Part shown: piece by piece, positions 57,473 through 64,000 of the stretch
Layout of the letters: every line of letters starts with the position of its first letter
Position numbering within the stretch: the stretch's first letter is position 1
The notes under the pieces: generated by a model
The model's database searches: none
Seen by the model: the letters and a program-made list of their open reading frames with translations, nothing else
Told to the model about the DNA's origin: nothing
Made by a program: the position numbers and the translations under genes
Source: a virus
DNA length: 64,000 bases
Reading direction: 5' to 3' (one strand)
IMG/VR virus record: IMGVR_UViG_3300006916_000044
Location: 27,371 to 91,370 of that record

Positions 57473-57844
57473 TTAACGTACATTACAACCTACGAAATCA
57501 CCAATAGCAATACATGACTGTATAGCTGCATTTAAATCATCTGTATCACAATCAGCAAATGATTTACATTCACCGTCAATACAAAGTCCTGCTCTTTCTT
57601 TAACTTCATTCTTTAAAGGTTCAAAGTCCATGCCAGTGTCATTAGATATTTGTCTAATCATGGCATGGATTCTTTTTTTCTGTGCATATGTTGCATCTTT
57701 ACTTTGTACCTCTATAGTTATGCTAACCTTAGCACCGTCAGGTAATTCAGCTAACATATCATTATATTCTTTTTCTTTAACAGACAACTGATGTTTCCAT
57801 TCACCATTTGTTTTTATTAATATACTATTGAATAATCCTTTCAT
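57473..57844 (-). CDS. NinB/Orf-like hypothetical protein
   Basis: TYAQKKRIHAMIRQIS..TG....LK..VK...KSFADC pattern. Confidence 0.5.
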   Translation of the reverse strand: MKGLFNSILIKTNGEWKHQLSVKEKEYNDMLAELPDGAKVSITIEVQSKDATYAQKKRIHAMIRQISNDTGMDFEPLKNEVKERAGLCIDGECKSFADCDTDDLNAAIQSCIAIGDFVGCNVR

Positions 57845-57912
57845 TTTAATTTAATTATATGTGTACCAGGTTGTTCATCACCCGGATCACTTATTATTAT
57901 TTTAATAGTCAT
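57841..57912 (-). CDS. Microprotein MTIKIIISDPGDEQPGTHIIKLK
   Basis: Fills the gap; ATGA overlap with the downstream gene. Confidence 0.45.
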   Translation of the reverse strand: MTIKIIISDPGDEQPGTHIIKLK

Positions 57913-58162
57913 CAGGATCTGGTTCATCATTTTTTATTTCTTCTATAATAGTTTCTATAATTAATTCATAATCAAATCCTTGATCTAATATATCCATTAC
58001 ATCTACTGTAACAGTGTTACCATTCTTGTCTTCAAGTGTAGCCCATACTTTCTGTATATCTACAGATAAACTTGAACCAGGATGATCATAAGTTTCTTTC
58101 TCGCCTGGTTCATATGTACACTCAAATTCTAGGTCTTCTATATATGATGTCCATTTATGCAT
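57902..58162 (-). CDS. Acidic hypothetical protein
   Basis: YEPGEKETYDHPG motif; 86 aa. Confidence 0.6.
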   Translation of the reverse strand: MHKWTSYIEDLEFECTYEPGEKETYDHPGSSLSVDIQKVWATLEDKNGNTVTVDVMDILDQGFDYELIIETIIEEIKNDEPDPDDY

Positions 58163-58379
58163 ATCTTACTGTATTTGCATTTACTAATACAAATTTTTGT
58201 CCACATCCCTGTGATAAACAATTTATATCAGTAGTTGATTTATATAATAAAGTTTTATTAAAACAATTAGGGCAAGGTATGTGCAATATAGGCTCAGTTG
58301 TTATACCAGCGTGTATTATTTCTAGTTTTTTTAACTCACGTTCTCTCTCTTCCATAAAGAGTTCTTTCATTCTACCCAT
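58155..58379 (-). CDS. Zn-ribbon protein
   Basis: CPNC...C....CG. Confidence 0.6.
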   Translation of the reverse strand: MGRMKELFMEERERELKKLEIIHAGITTEPILHIPCPNCFNKTLLYKSTTDINCLSQGCGQKFVLVNANTVRYA

Positions 58380-59475
58380 TTAATTGTTGTTTAGTTGGTT
58401 CAAAATATTTAATTTTATCATTAGAAAAATCAGCTAATGCTTTCTTAACCCACTGTTGATCAATGGTATCCTTATAACATAAGATATGACACATTGCTGT
58501 CTCATCAGGATTAAGTCTTAGTAGTCTACCTATTCTTTGTGCTGATTTCCTTTCGTTACCATATGCATGCATAATGATACCACTACGTAAACCAGGAATA
58601 GAAACCCCTTCACTAAGCTGTAAAACACAAGAAAGCTTATCAATTGTCCCATTGCTAAATAATTCTAAATTGTTATCACTATTCTTATTCTTTGAATGAT
58701 AGCTGTGATCACACATTTTATCTGCTTGTTTCTGTGTGTTTGCAAAAATAATACATTTATCTTTTATGATACTCATAAGTTGTTTTGTATATTTTTCTTT
58801 AGACACATAAGTTTGCAGTGCTTTCATTCTCATAATAGATGCTAGTTGTTTAGCTCTCATAGTTGGAGCGTCATCAACATTACCCGTATGATATTCATAG
58901 TCTTTTACTTCTGATGTATACCACATACCACCATCTCTTTTCTTTTTAGGTATGTTTCTATTATTATCAAGAGGTAACATATGTACTATAATTCTATAAT
59001 CATTAAGTATATTATTACTAGTAGCATCATCAACCTTAAAGTTATATACTATAGGGCAGAATTCATTTACTAATAATTCTTTTTCACCATACACTGGTGG
59101 TGTACCTGTTAATCCAAGTATCTTACCAGCATATCTATCAAGAAAATCCTTATGACTATACAAGAGACTATGACATTCATCTAAATATACTATATCAAAC
59201 TCATTAGGATTTTGTTTGTGTAAAGATAAATAAGTTGTAAACTTAATGTGATCTAATAAATGTGTTGCATTCATTTTTTCACATTCATCTTTCCAAGCTT
59301 TCATAATAGTTTTCTTTGGTGCTACAACTAGATAAGAACTAAACTGATTAAAGTTTTCCATCATATGTTGTAATGCTATACGTGTTTTACCAACACCCAT
59401 AGATATAGCCAGGCCACATCTATGGTGTTGATTAACTATGTCTAATGCTTCAGATTGTACTTCACTTCTTCCCAT
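58372..59475 (-). CDS. Superfamily 2 (DExH) helicase
   Basis: GVGKT, DECH, LTGT, LSEGV, QRIGRLLR. Confidence 0.9.
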   Translation of the reverse strand: MGRSEVQSEALDIVNQHHRCGLAISMGVGKTRIALQHMMENFNQFSSYLVVAPKKTIMKAWKDECEKMNATHLLDHIKFTTYLSLHKQNPNEFDIVYLDECHSLLYSHKDFLDRYAGKILGLTGTPPVYGEKELLVNEFCPIVYNFKVDDATSNNILNDYRIIVHMLPLDNNRNIPKKKRDGGMWYTSEVKDYEYHTGNVDDAPTMRAKQLASIMRMKALQTYVSKEKYTKQLMSIIKDKCIIFANTQKQADKMCDHSYHSKNKNSDNNLELFSNGTIDKLSCVLQLSEGVSIPGLRSGIIMHAYGNERKSAQRIGRLLRLNPDETAMCHILCYKDTIDQQWVKKALADFSNDKIKYFEPTKQQLNG

Positions 59476-59674
59476 TCCAAAAATTTAAAGCTACAGTTAT
59501 TAAATCTGTTTTAGTTAGTTTATGTAATAAAGTATACATCTCTTCTGTATCATATTTATCTAAAGGTTTGTGATCCTTTAGTTTCATATCTGGATTTATT
59601 AATTGATGTGTTACTTTTTTACTTAGTATAAGTTCTTCTGATATTTTATCTATTTCATTATTTAAGCTGCTCAT
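59462..59674 (-). CDS. Hypothetical protein
   Basis: 70-aa ORF overlapping its neighbours. Confidence 0.5.
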   Translation of the reverse strand: MSSLNNEIDKISEELILSKKVTHQLINPDMKLKDHKPLDKYDTEEMYTLLHKLTKTDLITVALNFWNGKK

Positions 59675-59852
59675 ATGTGATATTATTTTTTTTCATTATT
59701 GATTCTAACTTCTTTTCTAACGTTGATTTGTTAGGCTTTGTTGGTTCCCAAGGATTATTCTTATGTAAAGAACTATCTCCTGTTGTATGCACACCCTTGA
59801 TCTTATCTATTGTATGCTTCAGGTTTTTACAAACCTCTATAACTTTATTCAT
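59658..59852 (-). CDS. Hypothetical protein
   Basis: 64-aa ORF. Confidence 0.5.
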   Translation of the reverse strand: MNKVIEVCKNLKHTIDKIKGVHTTGDSSLHKNNPWEPTKPNKSTLEKKLESIMKKNNITYEQLK

Positions 59853-60279
59853 TTGATTTTGATTTTTTATTACTAAATCCTAATTGCTCTGACTCAGTAG
59901 GATTCTCTTCTATCCAATTGTGACATGTCCTACATACTGATAACCAAGTAGTTGGGTCATTTAAATATTTACCACGTCCTTTCATATGATGGACATCAGT
60001 AGATTGTAAACTACAACCAGGTAATGATGCTTGACAGAGTGGATACTTCTCTAAGAATGTTCTTCTTAACTTGTTGTAGATAGTAAGTTGAGCAGACATC
60101 TTAGAAGAAACTTTCTTTATTGGTTTTGTATTCTTTTTCAACACCGGTTTAGGTTTGATTGAGTTTACTTTACCCTTTATTCTATGCCAACATGACTTAC
60201 AATAACGGTTACCTGATTGATTCTTCCAGATGTACTGCTCAGACTTACAGCCTACACACAGTTTCTTTTTGGCCTGCAT
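59845..60279 (-). CDS. Zn-finger HNH endonuclease
   Basis: CVGC...CKSC, CQASLPGC, DVHH, CRTCH. Confidence 0.75.
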   Translation of the reverse strand: MQAKKKLCVGCKSEQYIWKNQSGNRYCKSCWHRIKGKVNSIKPKPVLKKNTKPIKKVSSKMSAQLTIYNKLRRTFLEKYPLCQASLPGCSLQSTDVHHMKGRGKYLNDPTTWLSVCRTCHNWIEENPTESEQLGFSNKKSKSNE

Positions 60280-60773
60280 TATCTATTTATTAAATAGTTT
60301 TTAGGTAGCAAACCTTCAGACATAAACTTGATAACTAAATCTTCATATGTTATGTCTAAATCTTTTAGAGTCATTTTGTTTATGAACTTTGGGTCAACGT
60401 TATTGACATCTTCATTTACAAAATGTTTAGCTAATGGACTGTGGTGAAACAGTTTGAATACTTCATTAGCTTGCTTGTTACATATAACTTGTTTCCAAGT
60501 ATTGATAACAGATTGAGCACGTCTCCATACTCTTTTGATTCTTCTCTTTTTATCCCAGTGCATTTTTTCTAATTCTTCATGTGTGTAAACATTGAGACCG
60601 TGTAACACTCTTTTAAAAAGGAAGTGTTGTCTTTGTGACAATTGGCTGTATACTATTTGTTGTGTAAGATCTTTGGTTAATGTTTGATATTCACTAAGTA
60701 TACCTAGGTAGTTTAACTTATTTTCAAATCTTGTTTGTGCCAGCTTTGCTAGCTGCTCTTTTTTAATGTGCAT
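60279..60773 (-). CDS. Hypothetical protein
   Basis: 164-aa ORF. Confidence 0.6.
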   Translation of the reverse strand: MHIKKEQLAKLAQTRFENKLNYLGILSEYQTLTKDLTQQIVYSQLSQRQHFLFKRVLHGLNVYTHEELEKMHWDKKRRIKRVWRRAQSVINTWKQVICNKQANEVFKLFHHSPLAKHFVNEDVNNVDPKFINKMTLKDLDITYEDLVIKFMSEGLLPKNYLINR

Positions 60774-60810
60774 TTGTTTAATTATTTTTTATTAATACTT
60801 TACTAGATAT

Positions 60811-60849
60811 AAAATAAAAGAGAGCAACTAGAATTAACTAGTTACTCTC
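60811..60849 (-). terminator. Rho-independent terminator
   Basis: Minus strand GAGAGTAACTAG-TTAATT-CTAGTTGCTCTC-TTTTATTTT. Confidence 0.7.
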
Positions 60850-60881
60850 AATCATTAGCAATGTTATAGGTTCGCTACTCC

Positions 60882-61529
60882 TTATAGTGTGAATACATTT
60901 TCTTCTACTTCAACTTCTTCTTCAACAGTATCCTCAACAGTTAACTCATCATGCTCATCTTCATCTGGATCAGCAGGAGTTTCTAATGCTTCAGCTTCTA
61001 CTTCAGCAATAGCATCTTCTAAATCTACTTGATTCTCATCAATAGGATCTTCTGATTCTTCTGTGTCAGAAACTTTTGCAGCCATTAAGTCTTCCATTGA
61101 TGCTGCATTAGCTTCACGGATAGACTCACCGTTGTTATGTGCAATTAGTTCATCTTCTTGTGTACCTGTTGCATCATACTTAGTAGTTCTATAGATTGGT
61201 TGACCATCTATACAACATACTATACCAGTATTACCTGCCATTTTCAAATCTCTATCAGGATTATTCTTATTAAAAGGTGTTAATGATTCTTTAATAACAA
61301 TATTACCAGGTAACTTCTTAAACTTTTTAATACCTGAAGCAATTAACTCTTCAGTCTTACCATGTATAAGTGCTGTAACTTGTTTTGTTTGCAACCATCC
61401 GTTGCTGTTGATCATTGTTCTTTCTTGAGATAGTCTAATGTGAGCATATTCTGCGTTATTTTTAGACACTCTGATTGCGTTGTTCATGTCATCTTTGACA
61501 ATCACAACTGATTGGTTTTTAAAATTCAT
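60882..61529 (-). CDS. Hypothetical protein with a long acidic C-terminal tail
   Basis: Beta-rich N-terminus; last ~70 aa D/E-rich, ending VFTL. Confidence 0.65.
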   Translation of the reverse strand: MNFKNQSVVIVKDDMNNAIRVSKNNAEYAHIRLSQERTMINSNGWLQTKQVTALIHGKTEELIASGIKKFKKLPGNIVIKESLTPFNKNNPDRDLKMAGNTGIVCCIDGQPIYRTTKYDATGTQEDELIAHNNGESIREANAASMEDLMAAKVSDTEESEDPIDENQVDLEDAIAEVEAEALETPADPDEDEHDELTVEDTVEEEVEVEENVFTL

Positions 61530-61562
61530 TTGTTTAATTTTATTTAAATACTCAGATTAATA

Positions 61563-61820
61563 TTATATGTCTTCTTTCTCATGGTCATAATAATCTTCTA
61601 ACTTTTCTTCATCAGTAACATTATATAATGCATGTGGATCTTCTACCACACGTTCTTCTTTAGTTGCTTTACTGGAGAATGGTTTATAAAAAGGATTATT
61701 TATTTCCATTAGTTGTGAAGGACTAAGACATTCAAGGTCCCTCAATTGTTCATCAGTCATATCAAGATATGCTTCTGTTGATATTTCTATAGTGTGTCCG
61801 TTGGCTAGTTGTAATAACAT
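61563..61820 (-). CDS. Acidic hypothetical protein
   Basis: 85-aa ORF; TATTTTTG element at 61841-61848 upstream. Confidence 0.6.
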   Translation of the reverse strand: MLLQLANGHTIEISTEAYLDMTDEQLRDLECLSPSQLMEINNPFYKPFSSKATKEERVVEDPHALYNVTDEEKLEDYYDHEKEDI

Positions 61821-61918
61821 CTTATTAATATTTTTACTTACAAAAATATCAATAGTATATGAGAACTCTATTACCTTTGACTCACTAATTTTAAAATATA
61901 TTGTAGTATTATAGCTAT

Positions 61919-62416
61919 CTAAGAATTTAATTCATATAGATTCTCTAAAGTATTAGCTAATTTACTTGATTTTATTATTGAAACCGGATACATATGTATA
62001 ATATTAACAGTATTTTCTGTTGATTTAATCATTAAATCATCATTAATACCATAAGATGTGATCCTAAAATCAGATGCATACGGATTAAAATCTCCATATG
62101 ATCCGCTGCTTTTAACTTGGCCTAAGTATAACAGTTGACCATTATAATTATATACTAAACCTTTATCTAGAAGACAAGAGTAATCACCTAGTTCTTTTAG
62201 TTTATAACTTTTATGTATTTCATATAGAACATAGTCTCCTTCTTTAAATATATATATTTTAGGTTTATGCAATGCGTAATGTAATAACATATTTATATGT
62301 GACTCACCCCAAATAAGCATGCTTTTAGCTAAAAACATTTTAACTTCTTGAGGTAAGTCATCATTTAATACATTATCTGCAACTAATTTTGCTGATAAAT
62401 TATTATCTAATTCCAT
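61919..62416 (-). CDS. Hypothetical protein
   Basis: 165-aa ORF. Confidence 0.55.
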   Translation of the reverse strand: MELDNNLSAKLVADNVLNDDLPQEVKMFLAKSMLIWGESHINMLLHYALHKPKIYIFKEGDYVLYEIHKSYKLKELGDYSCLLDKGLVYNYNGQLLYLGQVKSSGSYGDFNPYASDFRITSYGINDDLMIKSTENTVNIIHMYPVSIIKSSKLANTLENLYELNS

Positions 62417-62742
62417 TATACAAAAACTGTTTTATGAATATCATCTACTCTTGCAATAATTTTATTTTGCGTTGATGTAGGTATATCCTTATCAAAGACT
62501 AACTCTTTTAACAATTGAATACAACCAACAAGCTTTGAGTTTGATACTTGAAGTTGTCCTTCTACTTCTACTATAGCTTCTATTTGTCTTTGTATTCTTT
62601 TTTGTACTGAATTAATAAGTTTAGGAACTTGTAATTCTTTATCTTCATTGTAACCTTTGACTAACTTATCATGTAACTCAGTCATAGGTTTTATTGTCTC
62701 TGGCACATCTGGCCCATTTATATACTGAAAATCTTCTACCAT
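62416..62742 (-). CDS. Hypothetical coiled-coil protein
   Basis: 108-aa ORF, TAATG-coupled. Confidence 0.55.
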   Translation of the reverse strand: MVEDFQYINGPDVPETIKPMTELHDKLVKGYNEDKELQVPKLINSVQKRIQRQIEAIVEVEGQLQVSNSKLVGCIQLLKELVFDKDIPTSTQNKIIARVDDIHKTVFV

Positions 62743-63347
62743 ATTCTTTTATTTTTTAAGTTTATTGTTAAATGATTATCTAATCTATCTTTCTCTGCCA
62801 TATGTAATAATACTACAAAGTTATCTCTAACCTTGTTTATTATTTCTTTTTGCTCTGTTTTCATATCTCTAATCATATTTATCTGATCATAATTATCTAT
62901 GAAACTCATTCCTTCTTTATTAGGACATTGAATAAAGTATTCAATAGCACCCCAACTAAATACTCTCATAGTTAGTTTACCAAAGTTACTATAAATACCT
63001 TCTATTTCTAGTGTGTCAGCGGTTGCATGATTATCTTTAAATAAATCTCTGATCCACTTTCTATTAAAATAGTTGTTAAGGTTAAACTCATATCTTGTTA
63101 TACCTTTTTTAATATCATATATCTGACCAACATAAGTACTATACATTTGATTGTACCACCAAAAGTTATTCTTGTCATGCTGTATATTAGTTATGTTACC
63201 TTTAAATAATGATTTCTTAGCTACCAAAGAAGTCGGTCTCTCCATATCCATCATCAATTCTTCCTCTATCTTTGTATCTATTGTACTTTTTTTTAGGTTT
63301 CCCTTCAGTATGTTTTTTATACTTTCTATTAATTTTCTTGTTTTCAT
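62736..63347 (-). CDS. Hypothetical protein (start uncertain)
   Basis: 203-aa ORF; its 5' part overlaps an alternative 52-aa ORF at 63217-63375. Confidence 0.5.
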   Translation of the reverse strand: MKTRKLIESIKNILKGNLKKSTIDTKIEEELMMDMERPTSLVAKKSLFKGNITNIQHDKNNFWWYNQMYSTYVGQIYDIKKGITRYEFNLNNYFNRKWIRDLFKDNHATADTLEIEGIYSNFGKLTMRVFSWGAIEYFIQCPNKEGMSFIDNYDQINMIRDMKTEQKEIINKVRDNFVVLLHMAEKDRLDNHLTINLKNKRIW

Positions 63348-63371
63348 TTTTCTTTTTTTTAAATTTATTTT

Positions 63372-63482
63372 TCATTTTAGTGCGGTTATCATTAACATAA
63401 TAATACCAAGAAAGTATATTCCTACTATAAGTAAGAACATAACTCTCCTGTATTTGTGAACCAAAAACATTAGTTTTTTCAT
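63372..63482 (-). CDS. Membrane microprotein (36 aa)
   Basis: MKKLMFLVHKYRRVMFLLIVGIYFLGIIMLMITALK; ATGA overlap with the upstream gene. Confidence 0.5.
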   Translation of the reverse strand: MKKLMFLVHKYRRVMFLLIVGIYFLGIIMLMITALK

Positions 63483-63889
63483 TGCTTTATAAGTTTTGAT
63501 ATTTTTACGAGTAACTTTTCTAGTTCTTCAACTGATAAGTAACAATACGGATCTGTCCATTCATGAAGTATTCCTTCATCATCTACTATATTACCATCTT
63601 CATTAAGAACAGCACATTCATATTGACCTGGTTCAGCAAATGCATTATTACCACTAATAATAGATGCTTGAAAACCATTGTCAAAACATACATGTGATCT
63701 AACCATTGCGCTTATAACTTTATTGCTTGGACCCATATAAGCATAATCTTTTATCCATGTTAGGTATCTAAACTCTGTAGTGTTGTCAGGATGTGTGTAC
63801 TTATATACACCATCTTCTGTTACTTCACCAATAACATTTAGTGTCTCATGGTGATCTATGTGTTTTAATTTTCCTCTGTATTGTTTCAT
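63479..63889 (-). CDS. Hypothetical phage protein (FDNGFQASII...YECAVL family)
   Basis: 136-aa ORF; motif common in phage early genes. Confidence 0.6.
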   Translation of the reverse strand: MKQYRGKLKHIDHHETLNVIGEVTEDGVYKYTHPDNTTEFRYLTWIKDYAYMGPSNKVISAMVRSHVCFDNGFQASIISGNNAFAEPGQYECAVLNEDGNIVDDEGILHEWTDPYCYLSVEELEKLLVKISKLIKQ

Positions 63890-64000
63890 AATTATATTTT
63901 TTGCGTGTAAGTTGGGTTACTAGTATTAATCTATATAGAGAGAAGATACACCTTCTCACTATATTGACAGCTCTCAGAGTAACTAGTATACTGTCTTTCT

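Noticed and set aside
63910-63995. ACTAGT-containing repeats and a small hairpin at the window end; a 12-mer shared with the 60.8 kb terminator arm
   Set aside because: Short, AT-rich and cut by the window edge; cannot be told apart from chance.
1-64000. Alternative genetic code (TAG/TGA reassignment), as in some crAss-like phages
   Set aside because: Giant ORFs are intact under code 11, TAG and TGA terminate well-defined genes (nrdJ, nuclease, SPL-like), and the tRNA is Arg, not a suppressor.

Overview
AT-rich (roughly 30% GC by eye) 64-kb segment of a crAss-like (Crassvirales-type) dsDNA phage. It probably infects a marine Bacteroidota/Flavobacteriia host, judged from TAnnTTTG promoters, no obvious Shine-Dalgarno use, Q-rule signal peptides and a T9SS sorting domain. 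It uses the standard genetic code. Layout: (1) 1-26.2 kb (+): four giant virion cargo/ejection proteins, including a 5148-aa virion RNA polymerase polyprotein (RIP...GADFDIDK) with a zincin protease and a NADAR-like domain. (2) 26.2-28.7 kb (-): acyl-CoA thioesterase and class II ribonucleotide reductase. (3) 28.9-39.2 kb (+): a late/accessory block with host-type exported proteins (CxxC-less thioredoxin fold, Cys/Asp-repeat T9SS cargo, outer-membrane beta-barrel), tail-type proteins, very basic microproteins, a Rhodococcus VapA-like protein, a 3TM holin, a CDGSH-like microprotein and a thermonuclease. (4) 39.2-64 kb (-): an early/replication arm with a spore-photoproduct-lyase-like radical SAM enzyme, tRNA-Arg(UCU), family B DNA polymerase, PD-(D/E)XK nuclease, a MoxR AAA+ (frameshifted)/vWA pair with paralogous neighbours, RusA-like resolvase, primase, SSB-like protein, Sak4-like ATPase, DnaB, DnaA-C domain protein, SF2 helicase and HNH proteins. 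All family calls are by-eye motif recognition; no database searches were run.
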